From the NCBI RefSeq assembly GCF_006345805.1, contig NC_042999.1:128588001-128652000 (forward strand): a stretch of DNA of 64,000 nt. Reading direction: 5' to 3'. Below, one piece after another: positions 11,560 through 23,645 of this stretch (position 1 is its first letter; each line of letters opens with the position of its first letter). The notes under the pieces were generated by a model. The model saw nothing but the letters and a program-made list of their open reading frames with translations. It did no database searches and was not told where the DNA came from. The stretch is from Octopus sinensis. Its lineage: Eukaryota. A program made the position numbers and the translations under genes.

Positions 11560-13478
11560 GATTGATTGATTGATTGATTGATTCTAGTTTCAGCTTATGA
11601 GCTGTGGCCATGCTGGGGCACCGCCATTTGGTGTTGCTACTTGGTTTCACTTCATGGAGGCTTTCTAGCAACTGCTATTTGGTGCATGAGAGAGTTCGAT
11701 GCAGCTGCCCTCATCTGCCCCTCCTGCCTTGAAGTTGGTTCATCTGGGACACCTGACAGGAAGAGATCCAGCTTCATTTTAAAGACATCTGTATCCACCC
11801 CATGCAGGTCTCTCAGGTTCTTCGGGAGGATATTGAAGAGCTGTGGGCCTCGGAAGCCCAGGCTATCACAGAATCTTGTCCTACATCTTGATGGCAGGTT
11901 TGGAGTCCTAGGCACCACGCAGTGGCGCCCAGTTCTGGCATTTGCGTAACTCTCGATGCCAAAGTTCAGGACACTTCCCTCCAGGATCTTCCATATGTAT
12001 ATTATGGCATATCTTTCCCGCCTACGCTCCAGGGAATATAATTTTAATCTCTTGAGTCTTTCCCAGTAGCTTACATTCTGCATAGAGGCTATCTTCTTTG
12101 TGTAGCTTCGTTGGGTCGCCTCAAGTTCTGTGATCAACTTGACACTGGATGGTGACCATAGCTGAGAGCAATAGTCAAAGTGGCTTAGGACAAGTGTCTT
12201 CCAGAGGACCATCATGGTTTCTTGTTCTCTTGTTCTAAAGGTTCTAAGAATCCATCCAGCCAGCCGTCTACATTTCATTGTCAGTTTAGCAACATGTACA
12301 TGAAAGGTCGCGTCATCACTCATGTGAATACCCAGGTCACGCACTGATTGTGCCTCTGGGATTGCAATCCCTCCGGGTCCAGTGTATTCATTGGGTATTG
12401 CATTCAGTTTTGCATGCTGATAGTATAAAGCTTGAAACTTTCCAGCATTGAACTGCATGCTATTCTTTTCAGCCCACTTGTATATTTCGTCCGGCTCACA
12501 TTGCAGGTGTTTAGTGTCCTCAGGGTTCTGTATTGCCTGTGAAACTTTTGTATCATCTGCATAACTTGTGATCGTGGCTCTCTGCGTGGCTGAGAGCATG
12601 TCTGAGAGGGCCATTATGAACAGTAGTGGTCCCAGAACAGTGCCCTGCGGAACACCGCTCACTATTTGTGTGTTAATGGAGGTGGCCCCATTGGCTACTA
12701 CCACCTGACTTCTATCCTTCAGAAAGTCATGAAGCCATTCTCCCAGTTTTCCAACTATGTTGAGATCACGCAGTTTGTGACATATCATTCCATGATCGAC
12801 TTTATCAAAGGCCTTTGCAAAGTCGAGATATATCACTTCCACATTTGAGTGGTTGAGCAGCCGTTTCAGCACCCAGTCATAGTGTTGTAGGAGCTGAGTT
12901 AAACAGCTTCTCCCTGGTCGGAACCATGTTGGGTGTCGGGCAGCAAGTCATTCTCTTCAAGGAAGGTGATCAGCTTCCTTCTGACTATTCGTTCCATGAC
13001 CTTGCTGATGTGTGAGGTCAGAGAGATAGGTCTATAGTTCTTGGCTTCCGCTCTGCTACCTCCTTTATGAATGGGGCATATTTTACCTTCCTTCAGTTTT
13101 CCTGGAAGTTTGCCAGCTGCAAGGAAGCTCTGAAAGAGGAACTGCAGTGGTCTTGCTAGGACTCTCTTACATGCTTTTAGGAGGATTGTCGGGAATCCAT
13201 CGGGGCCAGTAGCTGAGTCTGTTTTCATTTCATCTATAGCCTTGGTTACATCGTCTTCCTTTATATCGATGTAATCTATCGTCGCCGCCTCTGATTTTAT
13301 ATCTGCAGTGGTAAAAAAGTCAGTTGGATTGGTGATTTGGAGATGCCCAAGGGGTGGAGTGAAAACACTCTTGAATTGCTCATTCAGTATTTCACTTACC
13401 CTCATTGGTTTTCCTGTAAGTGTGCCATCCTTTTCGAGGAGTGGCCCTATTCTACAGTGCACTGTAGCTGTTTCTTTG
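11560..13478 (-). mobile_element. 5'-truncated CR1/Jockey-group LINE (RT domain), one frameshift
   Basis: GPDG, NYRPISLTSHISKVMER, QHG, YLDFAKAFDKVDH, GVPQGTVLGPLLF and YADD motifs. One T is missing in ggt-tcc-ga near 12925. (ATCA)n tail, flanked by (AAT)n tracts on both sides. Confidence 0.93.
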
Positions 13479-13498
13479 GAATAATAATAATAATAATA

Positions 13499-13540
<42 letters not shown>

Positions 13541-13564
13541 TAATAATAATAATAATAATAATAA

Positions 13565-14122
13565 TATTTGTCTTGGTATAAAAGATAGGCTACAGCAAAT
13601 ATTCTGCTATCTCAAATAATTGGAAGTGTTATCATGTACATTGTTTTGTCTTGGTATAAAAGATGGGCTACAGCAAATGTTCTGCTCAATACCACAGACT
13701 TGCTTGTCAGTTGCTTGACCTTAACCAGTTGATCATGTCCCTTAGTGGCTGATGATATGTGCATCACTGATCACTAGCAGAAGTAGTGGAGGAACATTAT
13801 AGCCATGTTTTGAGAGAAATTTTGGAGGGTTTGGAAAATTTACCTTTGGAAACATGGGTGTTTTGATCATCATCCTTAAGCAACTCTTACTCAGAGACCT
13901 TTTGAGCAAGTTGAGCTACTCGACCTGAAGAAAATTCTAACTGGGCTCCACCTGCAAGGTCATGCGCTGTTTATCTTGATATGAGATAACCATATCGCGC
14001 ACATATTGTTGTGATGTATGTGCCTAGTGTACCCTTATCAGACGGGTAGTCATGATGGGTATACTGGGCTTCGTATATTTTACCCCAGTGTCATTTGGAT
14101 GGCATGCACTGCTCTCTCACTC

Positions 14123-14170
<48 letters not shown>
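13565..14170 (+). mobile_element. Dispersed retroposon fragment with (AAT)n tail
   Basis: 13565-13850 matches 62990-63215; 13915-14120 matches 10986-11195 in reverse. Confidence 0.75.
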
Positions 14171-14173
<3 letters not shown>

Positions 14174-14499
14174 TTCTTTATTTGCCACCAAGAAGCCGCT
14201 CATACATATAAGAAAAAAAAACAAGCAAAAGGGTTACAAACGTGTGGGAAAGACAGCACAAAGTTATATAAAACTAGGTTAAGCTGTGAAATGTTATAAA
14301 ATAAACAACTAGTCATAATAGAAGTTTGATATAAAATAAATACACGTAATAAATAGATAGTTATATCAAAAGGCTTTACTTTAAAGAAAATGGATATAGT
14401 TTAAATATAATAGATGCAATTTTGAAAAACGTTATGATAAATATTATAACGATTAAAAAATGTTATGATAACACTACAATAATATTATTATTATTATTA

Positions 14500-14554
<55 letters not shown>

Positions 14555-15493
14555 GTAACGTTAAAAATCTTTATAATTATGATGATGATGATGAAATAAG
14601 ATTTCTAAGGTTTATTCAGAAAGAAATTGTAGTCATTGTTATCTAGCTAGAACCAGAAAAATGTCTTACATCAGTTGAAATGTTTTCTGAATCTCCTACA
14701 ATCAATTTAAAAAACTATCAACAACAAAACTTCAAGATTGGGTTAAAATGTAATCATATAATAATTATATAATGATTTCAAATTTTTTGCCACAAGGGCA
14801 ATTAATAGTTATATAATAATACCCAGTGAGAACTCTTGTTGATGTTTCATGTTTTTTTTTTTATATATTTTTGTTTTCTTAATCACAATCAAGTAAGTCC
14901 GATCAAATCATGCAAAAGTACTGCAAAATATCATCGGTTTATTATGCGAATGTTTACAGGCAATGAAATACGCAGAAACATTATAGAATAATAAAATATA
15001 CAGATATTTAAAAAGCAAGAAGGTTTTCAAAAGTACACCTTAATAATTGGTTAATTGCTGTACAGAATTCAAATATAATACAAACAATTTTATTTTCATT
15101 TTATTATCAAATTGAAATACATATTTCTTTTGTCTAGTTGGAGAAGTGTGTTCGTAATATCATTCAATGGTTTGCAGACAGCGGGTTGTGGACGCGACTC
15201 ACCTGGAGCTTACTGCTACTATGGCGTTTGTCGCTAAGTTAAAAACATACATGCGTATTTGGCAAATAGAAACACTAACTACGTTGAAAAATATTGCAAC
15301 GAAATTCAGGCATGCGAGCAAAAGTACAACAGTCAAATATTATAACCGTGTATGCATGTATTTTTTTTGTGTGTGTGTTTTGAGCCTGAAAGATTGCTTT
15401 AAGGTACGTGGCGTATTTTATAAAAATGCCTGTTCAAGTATCATAATAGCATGAAACTTTTAGCAGCTCTTTTGGTTGAGTATTTAATTCGAT

Positions 15494-15745
<252 letters not shown>

Positions 15746-16424
15746 CTGAAATAAAAATTGAGATTAAGAGGGAAAATGTTTGAGCTTTAACAAAAATTTT
15801 ATTTCAAAAGTTTTTTATTCGAAATTTTCTATTGATGGGGTTGAATAAACATATAAACATTGCAATAAATTGGTTTGTTATAATATTGCATGAGGCATGG
15901 GATACTGCAGTTTCAGCAAATCAGTTTTATACATTCAATATATTATATATATATGATTTCCTTTGGGATAAGCAAACAGAAATTCCTTTAGAATTGTTTG
16001 CTAACGATAAAATAATACACTGGTGAATTAATGTTCTGCTGTTCTTTGAACAGCAGATTAAAATGGTTTTTTTTTTGCTTGTTTTTTTTTTCCATCATGA
16101 ATCAATTATTCTAAGATATGAGATTATAAAAAAAAGACGAATATTGAACAAGCAGTCATATTAATTGTTAAAAGTTAAAGTCTAAAGTTTTTCATCATCG
16201 CATCTTCCAAATGTAAGGAGCAAATTTTAAAAAAAGCTATAAAAGTTTGCGATTAAATTCATATATTGTTTTTTCTAATATATAAAACTATTTTAATGAA
16301 TCAGGTTTTTTTTTTTTGGTAGGGGGGGTTGTAACATATCTTTAGAAAATGCCCTAACCTACTGAGTGAAGAGATGAGTCGTTGTATGGGTATATTCTGC
16401 TTGAGATATCCCGTTTTATCTAGT

Positions 16425-16619
16425 GATATGTGTGTGTGTGCGTATGTGTGTGTTTATGTGTGTATGCATGTGTGTGCATATATATTTAAGTATATACATG
16501 TGTATAAATAGTGAGATTACAGGTGTCCTGACGTGTTGTTTAAACAAAACAAAACGCGTTTTAATGGACTCAGTGTTAATAAAATACATATACACACACA
16601 GAGACATATATATATATAT

Positions 16620-16698
<79 letters not shown>

Positions 16699-16733
16699 TA
16701 GATAGATAGATATATGCATATGTATATATATAT

Positions 16734-16806
<73 letters not shown>

Positions 16807-16940
16807 TGCATACATTCATATATATATTTATATATTTGTCTCTATGTAACATATATATGTGTGTGTGCGTATATGTGCGCAGGTATGTATGTGTATTTCT
16901 TTTATATATCTACTCATTTGTGTATATATGTGTGTAAATA
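16425..16940. repeat. Compound (TG)/(TA)/(TAGA)n microsatellites just downstream of the vanin-like stop codon
   Basis: Direct reading. Confidence 0.95.
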
Positions 16941-16970
16941 TGTTATATTTTAAACGGATGAGTTCTGAGA

Positions 16971-18386
16971 TCAAGAGAAGCTAAGTACTGAAAGGATGGT
17001 CCCCATGACTACAACAAATACTGTTGGAGTAAATCTTGACACTGCACCGTTCTTTCTATCATATTTTGTTCTCTCACTGTATCTCTTGTCCTCATTAACA
17101 GGGAAGCCTGAAGTCCCAAATGTAGGAAGAGATTTATCTTCGTTATAGATCCGTCCAATCATTGTTGCTGAATGCAAGGGATTGTTGAACATATGTTTTG
17201 AGTTTATTTTGCCATGTTCATACTGCCACACATCATCAAGAATTTGATCTCCTTTATTCATAAATACCATCTGTGGATAAATATGATCAGCCGTGAAATT
17301 ATAACCAGAAAGACCAAATCTTGAAAAGTATGTATCAGCAGAGAAGATATCCTTCCCGCATACTCTATTACAGTTCATGACTGTGCAGATCTCAAACGAC
17401 ATGCGCCTGTCTAGAGCATTTATAAAGCCCTTGTAGATCCCCAGGCTATATTTCTCCGATTCTAAAGATTCGCCAGAATAATCTACTTTACAACAGAAAG
17501 AACCACTACATATGCTTACATTATCGGTGTAATTTGGCAGATCTATAAATTTAAAACGAATTTCTTCACCGAGTATTTTGACACTGTGATACGAGAATTT
17601 GCCAAAGGAAACTGATAAATGAGGAATGACTGGTTTCTTTTGTCTTGAATAACGATTCATTTTCACATGGTCAATGAGTAAGTGGCCTCTTGTAGAATCA
17701 GGTTTGTTATAATAAGAACTTTCACTATATGGGAAGTAAATTCCACTTCCATATGACCCAATGTTTGTGTCATGTATAGTAGCAGCTAGTACATTAACCT
17801 CATTTCCAATTGCCCAACTAGAGTGCCATTGAACACTACTAAGCAAAGGCGAACTCGATCGCCAAACATTGGGAATGATTATGTTCTTCACTTTCCGCTT
17901 ATTTAATAATTCCGTTATTGGTTCTTTCAACATTGTGTCATAAGAACTCACTACGGCAAATTTGTTCTGAATAGTCTCGAAAACAGCAATGCTGAATTCA
18001 TCCGGGCTGTCAAAATATGGTTCATTCAACAAAGCCATTCTACGGTACTTGGCTACGAGATTTCCTTTGTCCGAAAACACAACCGTACTACTGTAATGGT
18101 AATAACTATGGCTAGGGCATTTATGATTTGATCGGCGGTTGCATCTTGCTTTCTCACCTAAGCTAGCCACAATGTGCATTCTGTTATCTCTTGCTAAACA
18201 ACTGAGCTTCTTCTGGATAATATAATCTTCTTCATCCAAATCTCTTTCCTCGCACGGGTTCCACTTGGCATGTTCTACCTCAGGTATTGTTTCTAAGAAC
18301 GGATGAATAGAGTCATGGCTCTTCATTGTACCAAAGGCAAATACTCCGAACAATCCATATTCAGGAAATACGATTACATCAGCTCT
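16971..18386 (-). CDS. Vanin/biotinidase-family protein, coding exon 2 (471 aa plus stop; nitrilase domain, base domain, GPI-type tail)
   Basis: Acceptor tttttcttttgcag|AGA at 18387/18386, phase 0, in frame with exon 1. Motifs ADVIVFPEYG, CLARDNRMHIVASLGEK, VVFSDKGNLVAKYRR, CSGSFCCKVDY and FEICTVMNC align with vanin/biotinidase. Hydrophobic C-terminus follows NGA. The first 30 aa of the ORF-track 501-aa ORF are intronic. Confidence 0.93.
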   Translation of the reverse strand, partial: RADVIVFPEYGLFGVFAFGTMKSHDSIHPFLETIPEVEHAKWNPCEERDLDEEDYIIQKKLSCLARDNRMHIVASLGEKARCNRRSNHKCPSHSYYHYSSTVVFSDKGNLVAKYRRMALLNEPYFDSPDEFSIAVFETIQNKFAVVSSYDTMLKEPITELLNKRKVKNIIIPNVWRSSSPLLSSVQWHSSWAIGNEVNVLAATIHDTNIGSYGSGIYFPYSESSYYNKPDSTRGHLLIDHVKMNRYSRQKKPVIPHLSVSFGKFSYHSVKILGEEIRFKFIDLPNYTDNVSICSGSFCCKVDYSGESLESEKYSLGIYKGFINALDRRMSFEICTVMNCNRVCGKDIFSADTYFSRFGLSGYNFTADHIYPQMVFMNKGDQILDDVWQYEHGKINSKHMFNNPLHSATMIGRIYNEDKSLPTFGTSGFPVNEDKRYSERTKYDRKNGAVSRFTPTVFVVVMGTILSVLSFS

Positions 18387-18784
18387 CTGCAAAAGAAAAA
18401 GCGTGCATATATACATAGAAATATATAATTTACATATAAATACATAATTTACATAATACTCATCATAAAAGGACATTCGTAATATAAGCTAAGAATAAGT
18501 ACATTAACATAAGCTATATTTCGGTTTGATTCCTTCTTGAATGTATCTGCTCCTGATCTCTAATTCCTCCGGTAATTTGATCTTTTGTTAGATGAATTTT
18601 AACGTGTGCAATCTTATATATATTTATATTCATAAGTTCTAATCATTTCTTTTCTTCGTAATTTGACTGTTCCGAAGAAAATTTTTACATTTGTATCTTT
18701 CCCAGATAACATTCTTCTATTTCATATTGAAATGTTTCTTTATACATCACAGAGAAACACCAGACATAAAGTACTTTCAAAATA

Positions 18785-19700
18785 TCTATATATATAAAAC
18801 TCAACTTGTGTGTCTGTGTGTGTATCTGTGTGTGTGTCTGTGTGTTTAACTTCGCGGCACATCTCCTCCTAGCCAACAAATCGTAGAACCACCAAAAATG
18901 GGTCACTTAAAGTTTAGGCGAATGAAAATTGAACTGTGCTATTTCTGTTTCGAAATTCATCTCGCAAGTGCAAAAATCGATAATGTGTTTGTTTAGGCCT
19001 TATCCCATGCACTGAATAGTGAACTTTACTCAGTCAGCTGTTTGACGTGAACTGTGTTCACCACGCGTGCAAGCATGCGTAAATCGCGTGAAAAATAAAA
19101 AATCAAGATATAAAAACGAATCGCCGTAAACATTGTAGAAATCCGGCAAAGAAATGAATTTTCGGGATGTAGCCTGGAGGGATTTTTCGTATTAATCGTT
19201 TGGACTTTGTGAACACATACCAATTGTTTTCATAACATTTTTAACGCTTTGAATTAAATGTGACCATTTTGCGTTGAGTCTGCAGTTTGAATCACTTTAA
19301 CCAAATTTTAGCAGGCCAGATTTTTGATCATCACGATACATTGCCAGCGACTCCCTGAAACTCTCCCCTGAAATCCCCGTTGAGAAATACTGATCTAAAA
19401 GAATAATTCAACAATGCAATTATTTGATCAACAAAAATTTATGAAACGCTTCTACGTACTTCCTATTGAGGAAATGGAACACATAAGCGCAAAAATAGAG
19501 GGCATTAAATGCTTGATTTTAAAACCAAAATAATTGAATTTTGATTGAACTTCATCCAAGTTTAGCTTAATTCGCGCGTGCATAGAACGCACGAGCGCAC
19601 GTACGTACATTGTGTAAGAAAGTATTGATTTTGCACTCGCAGATTAATCGATTTTCCTCAGTGCGATTAATAGTCACACAAAGCCGGACAATACTGCTAG
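18785..19700 (+). mobile_element. Non-autonomous Helitron-like element with a nested hAT-type end
   Basis: A|TCtatatatataaaac start and …gccggacaatactgCTAG|T end (same tail as 4324). cccgttgagaaatactga near 19375-19395 is the reverse of a Buster-type TIR. Confidence 0.65.
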
Positions 19701-20057
19701 TAAATGCATATATTTGTTTCTAGATGTGCAAGCAGAAGCCTTTATTTGAGCGACCCAATTTCAGAAGTGTTTCATCGAATGCATCATTTTTTACTGTTTT
19801 TGTTTCATATTTTAAAAGCTTTTAGACATCTGTTCTAGTTACAACTTTTCATTTATTCTCATTAATAGATTTGAAAGCCGTTAACATCATCTATCAATTT
19901 GACAAGTCCGAGAAACTCAATTGTTTTCACCACGCCCAGATCACTTCCAATCATTTATTTTTTTAATTTGTTTTACTTGTTTCAGTCATTGGACTGTGGT
20001 TATGTCGAACAAATCAATCCCAGTACTTATTTTTTAAGTCTTGCACACGCGCGCACG

Positions 20058-20114
<57 letters not shown>

Positions 20115-22321
20115 GACGGTCTTACACACAGTTTCCATCCACCAAATTTACTCACTGGCCTTCCCGAAGCGACACCTGCACAAAGTGCACTGTTGAACTG
20201 AATCCAAAACCCATGTGATTGCAAAACGAGCTTCTTTTACCACACAGCCATGCCTACAACAGTAATGGATTTCTTTTTTACGCTGGCACCAGGCTAGAAA
20301 TTCATAATAGAAGAATACAGACGATTGAACTGACTCCTAGTATATTACTAGGAGCCATCCTTATCCATCCAGCGACATGAAAGGCAAATTAGACCGTGGC
20401 GAATACTGTTAGACAATTGTCCAAATGTTATACCGATTCCACCGTAAATATTAATAATTCTGCAGAGAACATCAGTAAAACTATTGCTATATTGGATATA
20501 GATTGTCTTATTTTGATGGCTTGGCTCTATGAAATAAGTTCTATGTGCACATATCTACATAATCATGAATGGATCTAGATTTATTATTTTATGACTATAA
20601 ACGAGTAGATAATGCTATGATGCTATTGACAAACGAGTAGATGATGCTATTGATTTAATTTATTGCAGTATATTAGAACATATTTCATTAGTCTCACAGA
20701 CTTTAACTTTAAATGTTAAAGACGCTCCGATAGCCCTTCAACTCACTAATACGAAGCGTTGAACCAGAAATGAATAAGTAAATTTGATTTCATTATCTCA
20801 TTTATCTCCATTGATCAAATGAAATTATTGCACACTTTAGACCAAGTTAAAAATTAACATCAATATATTATAGTCGATATCTTATCATTACTATTAATTC
20901 AATTAATAGTTACTTTTGAAAAGCTGTATTGCGTAAAAAAACTAAGTACGATGAACACGAAGTACAGATTAAAATGAAAGTAAAATTTACGAGAGTAAAA
21001 CGTTTACTTCGATACTTGCCTATAAATAATATTCCCATGCGAAAATAAAACGGCGAGCTGGCAGAATCACCACCGTACCGGACAAAATGCTTACCAGCAT
21101 TTCTTCCGACATTATATTTTGATTTCAAATATCTCTGAGGTCAACTTTGCCTTCCAAAATTTGAAACACGGATGATATAAGATGGGAATTCTAACTACAA
21201 CCGGGAAATAATAAGTCGACATACGTCTTTTATTCAGTTGAGGTGACTAGTGACACTCATTTGGGATGTTGCCTATTTGTAGTGATGAAGGGAATTAACT
21301 GATGTTACTGCCAGGAAAACAGGTCCAATTTTAAGAGACGCCAGTACTGGGCATAATAATTATTATTTCTGGCATAAATACAAGCCTACACATCTTCAGG
21401 TATGATAATAATGGCACGCGATTGCCGTTTCCAACACTGCGAATGATAAAATGATATTAATCCTAGCCAGAACTGATTTTAATTCCCTTTATTTGGTCTT
21501 CGCACTTATTTAGGGACTTCTCTAGCCCAGAATCTCCCTGGGCCAGAGGTAAGCAATGCGTGAAAGCAACAATCGGGTATGTTATTTAAAAAGAAATTTT
21601 GATTTCTTTTTAAATAACAACTGAAACTGCCCCTGGTTCTATGATACAAATAGCTTGTCTTAAAGAGATCTGAATTAAAACCTTCCATCAAAGTGTCAGG
21701 TTAATTTTATGTCCCAAACACCAGCTTAATAATGGTAAAGTTATTTTATTAAATTTTTCGTTATTTTCAATGAAAATGGTGATGAATTTCATTAGAAATA
21801 TGGTAACAAAAAGGTTTTCAACCCAATTTTTTTATTTGTTGCTTATTTTATCAACTCCGGTGACATTAGACTCAGAACGCAAAGAGGCGCAGCAGAATAC
21901 TGCGGAGCATTTGTTCGATGCTCAGCCAAGCAACCAATCTTAACAACACAATTAAGGATTTTTAATTTAGGCAAAAGGACAGTAATTTCAAAGGAAGAGG
22001 GTTAGTTGATGACATCGATTCCCAGTACTTGACTGGTATTTTATTTTATCAAACATGAAAGGAAAGTTCACTTCAGTGAAATTTAAACTCAGAACGTAGA
22101 AATCTGGAACAAGTAACAGAAAGCATTTTTCCGGCATTCTAACAATTCTGTCAATCCACCGACCATATTACTAGCAATAAACACCTTGTTTGGTAAATGA
22201 TATCCTTCATGAAGTTGAAGAACTTAATTAATGAAATGGAGAGTAAGGTTTTGAGCATACTTATACACACATGCTTAAACACACTTATACACACATTATG
22301 TGTGAACATACTTATACACAC

Positions 22322-22349
22322 GTTATAGCTTTCGTTATTCATCAGTAAC
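22322..22349 (-). ncRNA. Hammerhead-like remnant lacking stem II
   Basis: Minus strand GTTA CTGATGA ATAAC GAAA G CT A TAAC: full core, AGCT palindromic stem III, 4-bp stem I, only a 5-nt linker. Confidence 0.4.
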
Positions 22350-23264
22350 TTGCAAGCAAGAGATGTTTCGCTGAAATTTAGACAGAAATTTGGTTGTCAT
22401 ACCTTGTATGCTTGGGTTGAGCTGCTAAATTTTACAGTTTTGCTTACAAGTTAAATTATCACTTTTTGACCCAACTTGTATCCTCATAAATAAATTCATA
22501 GTTACTGTAAGTACCCTAATTGTAGGTGAACCCCTAGCCAGAGTATAGACCTCTAAATATGCATATATAGTCATCCGTACATACTTGCATCTTTTTCTGA
22601 TTAATGTTATAACTTTCTTCCGAGTGGTTCATCATATTTCAAAACTTAGAAATAACTCTTATATAAACCTCTACTCTTCATATGTCATATAGGTTTAATG
22701 GGTTATTATTGTCCTAGCTAGAAGTGTTTAAATGTCGTTTAAGTTTCGTAAATTTATTCTATTTTTCAGATATATAATAATTTGTAACACTAGGGAAAAG
22801 TCGATTAAATCTAACCCAGTACTTAACTGACACATTTTTTTTAATCAATCCCAGAAAGTTATTGGATTCTCCAGAAGCAGAGGAACCAATGGGGAAGAGC
22901 TATAAGCTATGTGATCTAATGTATACTAAGATTTTATATAATCAAAGCCGTCGTACTTTAGCCAAAAGTGGCCATTTTAATATTCCCATTACTAATTTTT
23001 GCTAAGTAACATTATCCTTCTAAGGTAATCATGAGAATGGACGCTAAAAAGATCTAAGGTCTTTTGTCCGATGCATTCCCACTTGGTGAAATATACAAAG
23101 AATATATATTATATATATACATTGTTTGTCCACCCCTCTACTGATTCGGCCAACCACATGCTTTATATATCTAAATATAAAACTATATTCCAACTACAGT
23201 TTAAAACAAGCTATAGTTTTAGCCTTTCAAAATAAAACTACGTCACTGCAAGAAATATAGGTTT

Positions 23265-23645
23265 CAAAGTTTGGTACAAGGCCAGCAATTTCAGGGGCGG
23301 TGTTACGTCGATTACAACGACTCCGGTGTTCAACTGGTACTTATTTTATCGATCTCGAAAGGATAAAAGGCAAAAGGTGACGTCGGTGGAATATGAACTC
23401 AGAACGTAGCGGCAGACGAAATACCTATTTCTTTATTGCCCACAAGGGGTTACACACAGAGGGGACAAACAAGGGCAGACAAACGGATTAAGTCGATTAT
23501 ATCGACTCCAGTGCGTGACTGGTACTTATTTAATCGACCCCGAAAGGATGAAAGGCAAAGTCGACCTCGGCGGAATTTGAACACAGAACGTATCGACAGA
23601 CGAAATACCGCTAAGCATTTCGTCCGACATGCTAACGATGCGCTG
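23265..23645 (-). mobile_element. SINE family A, dimeric/nested copy
   Basis: Two successive cgac(c/t)c…gaaaggat…aaaggcaaag…gaactcagaacg blocks. Confidence 0.85.

Noticed and set aside
18387-18476. N-terminal 30 aa of the 501-aa ORF (MSFYDEY…)
   Set aside because: Intronic read-through upstream of a strong acceptor; the true N-terminus is exon 1 at 32076.
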